Positions 37,901 to 51,443 of a stretch of DNA of 64,000 nucleotides are shown here, piece after piece. The notes beneath the pieces were generated by a model, which did not search any database, was not told the origin of the DNA, and saw only the letters and a program-made list of their open reading frames with translations. The number at the start of each line of letters is the position of its first letter. The stretch's first letter is position 1. Source of the DNA: Hydrolagus affinis (lineage: Eukaryota); NCBI GenBank assembly GCA_012026655.1, contig JAAILG010001482.1:1-64000 (forward strand), written 5' to 3'. Position numbers and translations under genes: made by a program.

Positions 37901-38967
37901 AGCTATTTTGAATAAAACAATAGACTAACTTCAAATTTCATCGCATTGGCACATTACAGTATTTAGCTATAATACAGATATTCTTGAAGACTGAGAAATG
38001 GTTTGAAATTTGAAGCAAAACAGGAGTTGGACAATTTTCATTTAAAATAAATTCTAATGTTTATAATTGAATCGTAAAATTGTATCAATCTGTGCTATAA
38101 TTATATACAAAAAATATAGTTCTGACTTTTTCAGTGGGGAAATAAATCGTACCACCAAGGTTAACAATCAATCATGCATTTAGAAAATAGATTGGATGAA
38201 TAATGAGAATGATGTTTAGACTTGTTTTTGGTAGAGCACCTATCACTTCAGGAAAACTATACTATAAAGTGTAGTGACTGTATATTTTGTAGACAATTGT
38301 GAATTCCAGGTATACGGTGCAGACCAATTGTGAAGAGAAGTCAACCTATAACCAGATTCGCCTTCAGCCAAAATGTGTATGTTGAGATTGACTGAGACTG
38401 GAACAAATTGGGACTTAGTATGGATGTACTTACAACATGGAAGCAATTAGCCAACAATTGCCTTGTATCAGTGTATTCAAAAGTAGATTTATCTGTACAT
38501 AAGGTATGGCCCATGCATGTGCTATGTTCAACTAGCAACCCTAGAAATACTTTGCTGTAGCATTTTGCTTCGATGCACTGCCACCCTTCCACTTGGCTCC
38601 AAGAATGATATAATACAAATGTGTTTAGTCCGTGTGTGTGCTAAATTCTGAATTGGCTCAGTAATTTTTCAGAATGCTTTTCTGATCCTGATTGAAAAGG
38701 TTTGTTTATATTTTCTCTGTAAGATGCAAACTTTGTTTTAAAATGAGTGAGATTTAATATAGCTAAAATATGTGAACTCACACGCAAGTGATCCTGTCAA
38801 GGCAACATTGTCCCCCGGTAGATTCTGAAGTAGCATAGATATTTTTAAGAGGGTATGAAAATCTTTATGGATAATCACTTGAAGCTATCCTACTGTATAA
38901 CTCCACAATATTGCAGCTATAATTAAATCTGGTGTTAGACACTTTATCTAATGCGGTGTCCACCCGC

Positions 38968-39165
38968 TTTCAGCAAAAATTTGCACATTGCAAGTGTCTT
39001 GGCCCAGGAACATGACATTTGATATTGTTAGACATAAATTAGTCAAATTATGACTAGTTTAAATTTTTTTCAGAAAAATTCTGCACATTGTAAGTGCTTT
39101 GGCCCGAGAATATGATGTTTGATATTGTTAGACATAAATTAGCCAAATTGTGACTAGTTTAAATT
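38968..39165 (+). repeat. Tandem duplication with 100-bp period
   Basis: tgcacattg.aagtg..ttggccc..gaa.atga..tttgatattgttagacataaattag.caaatt.tgactagtttaaatt occurs twice, offset by 100 nt. Confidence 0.9.
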
Positions 39166-42100
39166 GTGGGCTCTTTAATTAACTCTTTCCTCCAGATTTT
39201 TGTGTGTATGGTATTTTTGCATTGAGAATTTCAGTGGCAAATTTCAGACAATATCAGTCTGTGTGTGTGTGTGTGTGTAAAAAAAAACACTATCGTGGGA
39301 AAGGCTACTTCAAGCCCAACTCAAGCCCATTTCTTTTAAGAGTTTGTTTTAAATCACTCTTGGAACCGACAAGAGAAAAGGTGGCAGTGCATCGAAGCAA
39401 AATGCTGTAGTGAAATATTTCTGGTACGTTACACAGAATGCCTGAAGTTACTGTAGTAACTAGTTAAACATTTTGTCATTTGTATTTTTTTTGAGAAAAA
39501 AATTTAACCATTTGAACATTTCATAAGATACAGTTTATTTTTTGATGCCACACTAATACTTTTGAACGTGAACTTGAAATATTCACGGGTTTGAGGAATG
39601 AATTCTGCTGGAGCACACGGTCGCGAGTTGATATTAAGCCGATTTGTGGGCTGCCTTGTTCGTGCACATGCATGCCCAAAAATTGACGAAGAACCTCGGT
39701 AATCGATCCCTGAGCCTCTGTTTTTTAAATAATTCTTGGCATCATTTCATAATGTGTAGACCAAGCAAGTGTGCTAGAAGTTTGTAATTAAGCTGAACTA
39801 TATTATGATGCCAAAGATACAAAATTACAGGCTTCATTCTAACAAAACGGCTTAAGATCCACACGTGACAGACGCTTATTGGTTTTGAAAATTCAAGAGA
39901 GTTTAATGTGTTCTATTTCCATTGGAAAAATACTGCAAATGAGATTACATTCTCAAGTTTAAATAATGAAATGAAGTCTCTGGATTTTTGTGTGCGTCTG
40001 TCACAAAACACTCCAATTATAGTTTTAGCTGCTTGTCATAATGTGATCTGACGTTTTGTGACAAGACAAATACATTTTGCTATAATAATGGGATAATTTA
40101 CAAAGAACTCCAAGCAAAACCTGAAACTGCATTTAAAGAATATCACCACAGAACTAAGTTTCACAGGAAGCCTCTGCAAAAGAGTAATAAATAGTTTGAG
40201 AATCAAACTAGCAGTTTCTGAAAATGTTAAAGACGTCCTATTCCTATTCCTATTCTGCTCCTATTCCATCTGTTTTAAAATATTTACAGATCAATAGTTT
40301 ACTTTACACTGATGGATAGAATTTTGTTTTATTTTCAATTAAAAAATAATTTAGATGCAAGTTTTAACTTCAAAATTCTGAACTGTTTTCTTTCAAAATA
40401 AGTGCAATGCAAAGATTATTTTTTATTGTTCCAAAAGAAATCAGATTATCACATTAATTTGTAAAAAAAAACTAATTTATTGCTCCATTTTACAATCAGT
40501 TTGGTATTTTCTTCATAGACTATTTTGTGCAATGAATATAAACTAGCAATCCTTTAATATAAATGCAGTTTGAATCCCTACATTTGTCTCAAGTAAAAAG
40601 TGGTGTTGAACAAAAAGTTGTACCATTGTGTTGGACTAAATTGCACATGCATTTCTTTATTAGACTTTAAGAATTTCACATAACTCCTAATGGTGCATTT
40701 ACACTTTTTATGGCCCAATTTAGTTTTTACAAGATGACTGAATGTTATTTAAAAGAAATTCAAAAATTTGAACAGTTTTATATTACAGTTTAATAAATTC
40801 TTTACAAAGGCCTGATTTTATTCAAGTGAACAAAACCTAAAAATATATGATGTGAGATTTGTGGTAGCCTGTCTTATGCCAGATGTATTGTGTTACATTT
40901 TTAAATAAAGATTTTGTTTTAATTTTGTATGTAGTGTGTAGTGAGCAATTCCAGTGGAATTGCATTCTAATTGTAATTTAGTTGCATAATTGAACATAAT
41001 GACTGCTTTACATGATTGGTGTTTTGTTGACTTCTTTCCTCTTAACGATAGCTTTCATAATGGTGTATTAATTTTCTGTAATTCATGACATCATTTCATG
41101 TATTAATTAATTTTTATTCGCAGGTGGCTTTTGAAATTTTACCAAAGCAAAAATTCTGTAACAAATCTTAATTAGTAAGTTTCACTGACCAGCACTACTT
41201 TTTTTTTAATTTAAAACTATTACTGAGCATTGTAATATGCATCCTTTTCTTTCTTTCGCCTTTTTTTCTTTTGTTTGTTCAGCCTCTTTTTTGTGTGGGA
41301 GGTTGGGAAGGGGGAAGAAAGAGGAGCGATATGTTTGAATGCTAATTTGGAGGAGCTTCTGAGCTCAATTGACAGCCACATAAAGTGAACTTCACTGTTC
41401 TGTTCCTCTTGTGTAAATTCATTGTGCTTAGGCTGTTGAACTCAATATTATTCTTTTTTGCCAATATTGATATTAATATCATAAACACTAAACATCTAAA
41501 CAAATCTATGCAGAATTAATCTTAAATTGAGGTAGATTAGGAACAACGGTAGTAAAATTAGTCAGGAATGTTTGTAATTGTTCTTTTTAAAAAAGAAACA
41601 AAGATAAATGCATATTAAGAATTTTTTTTAAGAAATCAAGCAAAATCTACAATGTTTTTCTTAAATTAATTTAAAATCAACATCATTGTGATTTTATACA
41701 GTTATTAGAATATCTCTAGTCAGTTGAACTGATGTATATAAATAAAATTTCTCAAAGTGTGTATGTTTTTAAAAATATTAAACTGAATTGGCATAAGGAA
41801 ATACTGTTCAGTATTTACACTGAGTAAATAATTGAGTACAGTACTGCACTGTATTTCCCATCTTACATTTCATAGCAATAAAAAAATGTATTCATTACGA
41901 CTGTAAATATAAAATCTTTTGGTCAGTATGAGTTATAGCATGTGTGTAATTTTGTGAAGAGCCAGTTAACTGGATTTTTTAAAATAAGATCAATATTATT
42001 TATTCATTTGATCATAAAATAAGTTCTTAGTTTTGAACCATTTAGCCCAGGTCAGGTGCATTGAAGGACATGGTTAATCCCAATACCTTCTTCACTATTC

Positions 42101-45100
42101 ATTCATTATAGATATCTATTACCTAGATTGTGATAATCCAGACTAGTTATGGCAGCTACAGTTAACAGCTGGAATGTACAACATTGTTGATGATATGAAA
42201 GCAATATTTTCTTTGCATTTGTTAATGTACAAACCAACGATCTCTTCTGTATCTAAAGTTGCAACAGGTTTTAATTATTTTAACAAAGATGCTAATTATT
42301 AACACTGGGTCTGTTTAGCTGGCTGTCAAGTTTAGAAGGTGATACATTTTGAATACATCACTGGTCCAATCGTTTGCACGGGGCACTCAGACACACAAGT
42401 GGGCTAGTGATTTCACCTATACATTTAGCAGCCTTGACACAGACACAATGGAAACAGATGGCAAGTGCCTGTTTTACACACTGAAACTTCAGCTCACAAC
42501 TTAAAAATAGACCTATATTGGGGAATTGTAAATGATGTTGAGTTGTATAGTTTGTTTTAAAAAAGGTGCAAGTAAAACTTTAATGAGAAATGTTTTTCAT
42601 TCTTTCACAAAATATCCTAGCAATTACGAGCTAATTAATAATCACATTTTTATTTTTGACAATTTTAGGGGAAGTAAGATCAAACAGTAAGAGGTCATCC
42701 AGTTTGGAAGGTTTTCTGAGTTTGATACTGAAAGTGCGCAACACTTAATTAGCCCATGGATAATTTCATCTGATGTTCTGTGTTATTGCAGTTCTTTCAC
42801 CACCCTCCAACCATCCTATAGCCTTTAACTCCTCAAAGTCACTTCCATCTCATGTCATCAGTGTTTGTTATTACAAATATACCCCAAAAGTCAGAAATAA
42901 GAGAAAATAAATTTATATTATTCTGATCTGATAGAAAAGGAGTACATTGTGAATGATAAAACACTGTTTTAAGATATCAATTTTCTTTTGTAGCCCTGAT
43001 TGAATATAGCTATTGTCTGGAAAGGAAGGGTAAGGATCAAAAGGACATGGTCTTCAAGAAAGAAGCATTTGGCAAACATTTTTCTGTTTTTGTACATCTA
43101 CCACATCGTAACACAAATTGTGTTGCAACAAACTGATCTGATGAAAACGATTTTTATATCTGCGAGTTTGTTTTGACTCCTTTTATTCCCCTTTCCTCCC
43201 TCCTCTCTCCGTATCCCCAACATGTTTGATTATTTTATCTCAATCTTTCTGAAACTGTAGATGGCAAATAGTACGGTAGCTATAGTCAGTAAATCGAAGA
43301 TGTTTGTTAAAGCAATTGGTATCTATTAACTCATCTGCATTTTCCAAATCTATTGATCCAGACTTTATCAGTACAGTATCTGCAACTGGTGGGATATTTA
43401 AACAGACATGTTCACAGCAATTTTCTCCATGTGAGTTGGTTCCATTGATGTTTCTCGGCTACTTCAGACAATGGCGTGTTCAGATCACTTTGCGACCACA
43501 GTGTAATCTGTGTTGGCTGGTCTACAGGAACATGCTCTTAGAAAGCTATCTGTGAAATAATCTATAATGAAGAAATGTTCAAATCACTGCAGTTCAAGTT
43601 TGGTTAATTAGTTTTCATTTTTATTTGGTAACCTTCCATTAGTTACAAACAATCCAGGTATACCTTGATGTATGTGATTTGTCACTCTATTGCATGAACC
43701 CAGATGCTGCAAACATGCCTTAATTCTGATGGCAGTGCCTCTCCTGACTTTGTATTTGTGAAACTGGAAGTTGAAAACTGTCAACATATTATGAACAATG
43801 ACGATTGTTGTCATTAAATCAAATTGAACGTTTTGCCTACCAGAATAAAAAGAAAAGCAGATAACGATTAAAGTGAGTGCAAATGGATGACCCGTGAGGA
43901 CTAAATGGAGCTGGACTGTCATATAATTCACTGTTGAATTATCTAAAAATCACAGTCTGTGCTCCAAGATGAAGAAATGGCCATTTGGCTGAGGTAACAG
44001 AGAGCTACGGGAGCCTGTTGGACTGTACAGCAGCTTTAGCAAAGGGGGCAGAAAAGAGACAGAAAAGAGAGAAATACACACAGCGGATGCCATCGACTCT
44101 CAGTGAAAATAAATTCCCATAAGTGATAAGAGTGCAGTTTGACTTGGCTTTTTATGGTGTGCTGCTGAGTACATAACGTAGGATTTGCTACATTACAGTG
44201 AATGGGAAAAAAAAAGTGACCAAGCATTGTATGGGCAATCCTGCTTGTTTGGTTATATTAGTGTTATCTTAAAATGAAATTTTATTTGGCTGCATTAAGA
44301 AGGTGATAGACTTGGTGTTTATATAAGTTCTGATCTGGGGAATTTGTGCAGGGTCGGCTCAGAGGGTGTTCAGAAGCTAAAGTTAGACTGTCACAGTTCA
44401 GCGCATTTTCAGTATGTGTTTATTTTATTCATTTACATTTTTTGTTGTAGCTGTTTGTTTCTACTAGCGCCCCTGGGATAGGTTTAGCCTGTGATTTGGG
44501 AGCAGCCTGTAGATTATGAGGTGGGAACACATGGTTCCAGTAAAGCCCTTTAAACCTGTTCCAAAACACAACATATTTTCAAGGGTGGAAATGTCCATTT
44601 CCCCCACCTCCACCATGCCCACATCTCACCAGAAAACACAAGTTGCGAGCGAATGCCTTTGAAGCCTCGTTTGAGTTTTTTTTTGCTACCTCTTAACATT
44701 ATGGAAGAGACACTGCCTGCTGTTGTGTGTAGCAAATGATGCCAGGTTCATTTGCTTTAAAAATCAGAGATTTAACTTTGATGTTTTAGTCGTTGGCAGA
44801 AGACGGTGTCTGCGATTTTGTTGTTCTTGAATTTTTTTTTAAATGATTAATTTTTATTAAAGATGTGAAATAGACTTGCTCACTTCCCCCCAGTTATTTT
44901 GCCGAAATCCTCAGGACAAATTTAAAGTTTAATGATTCCCATTTTGTGTTGCTTGCTGAGAGTTATTGCTGTAATTCCCACTGAGCTGGTAGCAGTTAAC
45001 TCTCTCAGTGACTGAGGTAACCATGTTGATGCTAACTTTTTGCCAGATCTGGAGTGTCTGAATAATGCTTATACCTGTTATATACTGAGGTGTCCTTCCT

Positions 45101-45291
45101 TTTTGAAAGGCATTAGGGTAAATGCACATTTGTATTGTAATAAAAAACAATTTATTTAAAATTTCTTTCGAATTTTTAAAAGGGCTGACTTGATGTCCTC
45201 AGGAGTTCTGACATCTTCATTGGACTTGTATACCATCTCCAGAATGTTGCATCAATATGAATTCACGCAGCTAGACTAACACTAATGCAGT

Positions 45292-45604
45292 GGAGTCCTG
45301 TAGCTCTGTGGTTAGAGCACTCATCTTATAAGTGAGAGACCTGGATTCGATTCCAGTGGGGTGAAAGCTTGGGCAAGTTTCTTTACTCCACACTCCTAAT
45401 AATCTCTAAAAAAAAAAAAATTATAAACTGTTCATTTTCAATCCCTTGCTGTTTGTGGGACACTGCTGTGCGCAATTGGCTGCCGAGTTTTGCCCACAAA
45501 TATACAGTCAATTCACTTTACAATATATTCTGTGAAGCATTTTGAGGTGCCTAGAAGATGTGAAAAGCGCTGTATCAAATGCAAGGATTATTATTATTAT
45601 TATT
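45292..45604 (+). mobile_element. Full-length tRNA-headed SINE
   Basis: ggagtcctgtagctctgtggttagagcactc...ttcgattcc...tail ending (att)n. Confidence 0.9.
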
Positions 45605-47198
45605 GCTGGAGGGCTGCATTGTTGGTAGTTTGGATGATGTGTTAAATTGGGCTTCAGGTGGATGTTAAAGATCCAACGGTACTCTTTGAAAACCAGAGTT
45701 TCTCCCTGGCCAAAAATACCCCGGTAAAATTGTTCATACACTTCATGGCTGCTGGGGGCTGCTTTGTTTGCCTACAAATAAACTTTACTTTAGTGCTTGG
45801 AGACATCCTCTGTAGGTGAAAAGTGCTAGGTCAGATGCAAGGATTATTTTTATTTGACAAAAGTAGAAAACCGAGATAAATCAAAAATGATTCCACAGAT
45901 TACTTATGGCACAGAGGGTGGGTGCCCTGTGACTTCAGTCAGAAATTAGGTGGAAAATGTTGTAAACCATTTAATTGCCATTAACAACTTATTTTCGTTA
46001 TCTTAACTCAGTTCCACGTACCTCAGGATGAACACGGTTCTGCTAATTTACAGTCTTTCATTCAGCCAAGTCAGTTGTTTAGTCTAGCGTGTAAAAGGAA
46101 ATGCTTGTAGGGTTGCATTCTTTCCCTTTTTTTTGACAGAAAGTTCTGTTTTCCGGGAGAGAACGACATATTCTGACCGAACTGTGCTCGCTTACTATGT
46201 GCAGTAACTCGCTTACACGGACTCCAGCCCTTGTTGGACGTAATGGCAAGGAACTGATAAAGATTCACATGACTCGCTGAAAGACTTTCAGCTGCTGGTT
46301 TAATTGTTTGCTGTTCAATACTGAGCAAGCTGTTTCAAAAGCATGACTGATCTGCTTCAACAAAATCGAGGGAAAAAAATATTCTTTAAACGCTCGTTTT
46401 GGGAGGTAATCAGAACAACAGCAATGAATTAAGCAAATAGAGGCCCAGCAATTAGAAAGTGGTATTAAAGGTGCTGTGTGGATAGTGATGTACAGTTGCT
46501 TAAGGTAAAATTAATTATCCTTACAATTTGGCATAAATTGCTTTTTTGATGGGGGATATCCCAAAGTGCTTCACTGGATTAACTGTAAAGTGCAGAGACT
46601 GCATATTGACAAATTAACTTCACATTAGAAGATAGCTCTGGGTATGCATGTGCGTGTGGAATGTGACTTGGGGGAGGCTCAACCACATTTCCAAGGCAAT
46701 GCAGGGGACACACAGCTTAAACCCCTTCAGAAAGTCATGGATAGCATTATGGGGAGACAATCTCATACTGTAAGAATAATATAATAATAATATTCCTTGC
46801 ATTTGGTACAACAGCAACTTTCGTGTGGGTTAGCATCTCAGAGCGCTTTGTATAGTGCCTTTAACGCCTTGGGAGGACGTCTGAAAGCGCTTCACACGAT
46901 ATAATATAAAGTGTAGTGGCTGTTTGAAGGTGAACGTGGCAGCTAATTACCGCACAGCAATGTCCCACGAGCAGCCATGGAGTGAATGACTAGTTTTATC
47001 TGGAGGGTTGTTGGTTGCTCAGGAAACCAGCCAGTCTGCCCAGGAAATCGGCGGGTCTGCGCCAGAAGGCAGAGGTTTACTGCACTTCCATATACTGTGG
47101 GCCATGGTAAGTTTGCTTTATACACAAACCCATAGTAATTAAATACTGATATATAGGAACTCTGAAGGATACATATATACATATATTTATATATGTAT

Positions 47199-47497
47199 AG
47201 TAATAATCCTTGCATGGATATAATGCCTTATGTCATCGAGACGTCTCAAAGCGCTTTACAGGATATAGTGTAAAGTGGATTGACTGTATTTTGTGGGTGA
47301 AATGCGGCAGCCAGTCATGCACAGCAATGTCCCACAAACAGTTATGTAGCGAATGATCAAATTTGGGGGTGGGGTATTACACCACAGTATATTTTTCCCA
47401 CAAAATATACAGTCAATTCACTTTGCAGGATATTCTGTGAAGCGCGTTGAGCCGTCTCGAAGACCTAATAAGGCACTATATCAAATGCAAGGATTAT
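47199..47497. mobile_element. Two truncated SINE copies in inverted (head-to-head) arrangement
   Basis: 47199-47360 on the minus strand and 47390-47497 on the plus strand share complementary tail regions. Confidence 0.8.
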
Positions 47498-48434
47498 ATA
47501 CAAAGGGTATAATTGGATTATACTGTCTATCTACAAAATGAGATACACCCGAGACTTATTATACTGAAGCAACTCCATGGGTCCTGTTATTTGTTATTTT
47601 TAATAAAGTAGGCCACAATGTATGGTTTGGTATTGTTCCTTTTTATGCTGACAGCTGCTGTTGGTAGGGATATCAACTGTCATTGAGCTGCATGTTGTTC
47701 TGTGATTATGTTTACACCGGGGATTAAGGAAGGTAGCACATCACTGTAATTTTGTAGTGAAATAATTCGCTGTTTTGATTACCGTGAAATTCTGGGACCG
47801 CTATTATTTTTTCCACACGAGTTTGCTGTTGGACAAGCAAAACAAGCAAAATACAATGCCACCGATATGAAATTTGGGCCCCAAGTCAGAATATTCAAGA
47901 TGATGTCTATTCATATACAATTCATTTGGATTTTGAAAAACGTTGTTTTTCCAAAGCTAAATATAGATAAACTAACATGCATGTGTAATATAATAATTAT
48001 TGCGTTTGATATAGATATGGTTTGGGGATGCACTTTATGCAGACAATTCAAGTAGTGAATTATATCAAATTATATCAAATTATATCTAATACAAGGATTA
48101 TTATTATTATTATAGTGTGTCCTTCCTAAATATGCCAGAGGTCCAGAATGCCATCTAGTCTTAGCCTGTCTTAACTGAAGATCACATAGAATTGGGGATA
48201 CGTCTTGAATTCACTATGAGTTTTGTAGTTGCTTTTGTTTTAAAAACTGATAAGTAAATTGGCTCAAAATTAAAACTGAATTTATGAAGGTTCCATAGTT
48301 CTGAATGACTGTAATGTTAGGATGTACCTAAAATTAGTTAGAATTTCAGGCCTGACTCATTTTGACTTTAATTTAGTGAAGAAATTAATGTTTTTTTGGT
48401 TTGAATACACTAGCCTCACTATGCAAAAGATTTA

Positions 48435-48860
48435 TTATAAATTCTTGCATTTGACATAGCACCTTTCACATCAGGACAATGTCTCAAAGCAATTCAAAGG
48501 ATTTTACTTTAAAGAATAATGGCTGTGAAAGGCACTATACAAGTGTAATTTTGTTGTTGTTGAATTTGTTGCCAAAAGTGGCAATGAGTTGCACACAACA
48601 ATGTCCCTCAAACAGCCATGGAGTAAATATCCAATTTTATCTGGTGGATTGTTGGACACCAGGAGAAATTCTGTCTTTTTCAATCGTGCCATGGGATCTT
48701 AACAGGCAGAGAACACCTCACTTTAGCATCACATCCAAAGGTCAGCATCTCCCAACAATTCACCAAACCCTCAGCACCTTATTCGAGTGTCAATCTTGAC
48801 TGTGAGCTCAAAGTCCTGACATGGGGCTTGAACTCACAACCTTGCTCTTCAAGCCACTAG
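48435..48860 (-). mobile_element. Near full-length Deu-core SINE
   Basis: Antisense tail, core (gtgccatgggatctt) and antisense head (ggggcttgaactcacaacc). Confidence 0.75.
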
Positions 48861-48894
48861 AATTACTGTTCATTAAAGATGCTGAGATTAATAA

Positions 48895-49219
48895 TATTAA
48901 CACATCTTCGAGATGTCCCAAAGCGCTTCAATATACTGTGAAGTGAATTGACTATATTTTGTGGGTGAAATGTGGCAGCTAAATGTGGGTACAGCAGTGT
49001 CCCACAAACAGTCTGGATTGAGTGACCAACTTTTTTTATCTTTTGAAGGAATTATTACTCCCGCCACTTGACGAAAAACAGGATTCCTACTTACTGCTAG
49101 GTAAACAGAGGTGTGTAGAGTAAGGAAACTTGCCCAATGTTTCACCTTAATGGGAATTGAATTGAAAGCAGGAATGTGCTTGTGAGGCAAGTCCTTTTAC
49201 CACTGAGGTACAGCACTCC
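48895..49219 (-). mobile_element. tRNA-headed SINE variant with a longer central segment
   Basis: Same head and tail as the main family, but with an extra ~55 nt at about 49057-49112. Confidence 0.8.
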
Positions 49220-50604
49220 ACTAACATAGAAACTTAGAAACAGGAGTTGGCCATTCCACCGTTCTGTAACATCATGGCTGACCTATACCTCAAATCCAAT
49301 TATCTGCCCTTGCCCCATATCCCTTAACACCCTGACCCAACAAATATCTATCCACCTCAATCTTGATTGGGCTTTGTTTAGTATTATTGCATTTAACACA
49401 GTGCACGAAAATGCAGACACTCTTTGCTTTCCAGTAGCTGACTACAGTACCTTGCTGTATTAGCAGAGAGGCACCAACCAAACCTCTTCCTTTTGGAGCG
49501 ACACAGTGCATTAAAGAGCTGTATTTGACTGTGATGGTAATTCGATTATCATTTTAAGTAAAACTTCCACATAAAATAGTAACCCAGAATAGCTAGAAGA
49601 AGGGATACTTCACACCCTTGAAACGGGCACTTTTAAAAAAAAAAATCTTTCTAATTTCCAAAAGAACTGTGAGAATTTTCCTACTTTTAGATGACATATC
49701 ACTCACATTAACACCAGCTACAAACTACTCTTTATTGTTTTTTTCGGTGTCTTGTTCCTTTGTTCTAGGTGTTCCACATGTATATTTAATCATTACAATA
49801 TATGGCACTCCAGGCACTAAGACGTGTGAAGAGCACTACATAAATGCAAGTTGGTGTTGGATATTCCCTGTTTAAGAACTCTGGTCATGATAATATTGAC
49901 TTGCACGTCTTTGAACTCAAAGTCTAGGCTGACACATCAATACTGTCCTGGTGTCCTGGCCAGCAATCCCCGAGATGAAATTGACCATTCACTTCTTGGC
50001 TGTGCATTACCCATTCCTGTGAGCAAATTGGCTGTTCCTCTAAAAAATAAACTGACACTGGACTTTACAGTAAAATCTGTAAAATGTTCTCCTAATATGG
50101 AAGGTAGTACCGTATATCAAATGTAAAGATTATTATTAAAACAGTAGTTCTGAAAGTATCGTCATGCTCAACATGATTCTGATTTGTAACTCGAGGCAGA
50201 AAGATGTTAAGTCATCTTAGCTGAGAAAAGCACCTCCAAGTAGTGCACTGTTTGGCTCTGCCGTATTCTCTTTTTAAGATATCTGTAATGAAAGAAAATT
50301 GGAAACAATTAAATATTGTTACAGAAACATGTTTTTTTATTCATTGACAAACTATATTTTATAATTTACTAGTTGACCAGAATAATTTGACAGTTCTTAC
50401 TTGTTTCTGTAAAACAGGGAGGGGTGGGGGTGCAGTGGGGGGTGGCGGTTAATTGGAAGGCAGGGATGGGTCCAGAGAAGGTTTTTTCAGGATAATAATA
50501 ACATTAATAATAATTATTGCGTTTGATATTGTGCTTTTCATGTCTTCTAGACATCTCAAAGTGCTTCACTGACTACTGTAAAGTGAATGAACTATATCTT
50601 TGTA

Positions 50605-51330
50605 TGGAAAAAAGATGGGCGTGATTGTAACTGTTTTTAGGGGGATGGAAACGGTAACAGATGAAAGGGAGAGATTAATGGTATTGGAGAGTAGAGGGGC
50701 AAGGAAGCGGAGCTGGGAGGTAAGGAGAGGGATTGGGGTGTATGTAATAATAAGTAATAATAATCCATCCAAAAAAACCACAATAATAAAATTGGTCATT
50801 TCAATCCACGACTGTTTGTGGGACACAGCAGAGCACAATTGGCTACCGTGATTCGCCCACAAATATTCAATTCACTTTACAGTATATTCTGTGAAGCGTT
50901 TTGGGACATTGATAAGATGTGAAAAGTACTATATCAAATGCAAGGATTATTATTATTATTATTATTATTGGGGTGGCGACAAGGGAGCAGGTGGTGTGTT
51001 TCATGTTGGATTTGGTGATGATGAGAGAGGAGGGAGAGACACATTCAAAAATGTGGAGGGAAGGATGGGTAGGGGTTGGAAAGTGGTGGGAGGTGGGGGA
51101 GATGGGGAGGGAGTGGCGGTTGGGAGGGTGGAGGCAGCTGAATGGATCCCCTTTGATTTTGGTTGGAAGAAATCCAGCCTCACCCCACAGTCAGAGCTTG
51201 GGGAGAGAATGGACGAGGTGCGAGAGGGTGGGCAGTGGAGCAGATTGGTAACGCAGTTGGTAACGCGCTTGAAGTGTCATTGGTGGCCTTCCAATGATCC
51301 AGAAGTCAGCCATTTGGCTCAGTGAGGCCT
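50605..51330 (-). mobile_element. L2 LINE ORF2 linker fragment interrupted by a SINE
   Basis: Minus strand gives DFFQPK and PLLTSQLRFLAPLLSNTINLSLSS.TV.IPLKT.TITPI, L2 pre-RT motifs. Confidence 0.75.
50741..50966 (+). mobile_element. 5'-truncated SINE inserted in L2 with a 9-bp TSD
   Basis: attggggtg at 50732-50740 and 50967-50975. Confidence 0.85.
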
Positions 51331-51443
51331 GGGTCATCAATTTGAAGTGTTGATGGAGCTAATGTTGGTCATTTTTTTTACACTAAATGAACCCATATTG
51401 CAAGTCATCGTCTTATACAGTAATAAAGTTTCACTGTGTTTTT

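Noticed and set aside
48058-48088. Triple aattatatc repeat; also an 18-nt duplication at about 36595-36630
   Set aside because: Local slippage inside SINE copies.
50891-51325. 144-aa Gly-rich ORF with a poly-Tyr run
   Set aside because: Made of a SINE (ATT)n tail plus antisense L2 sequence.
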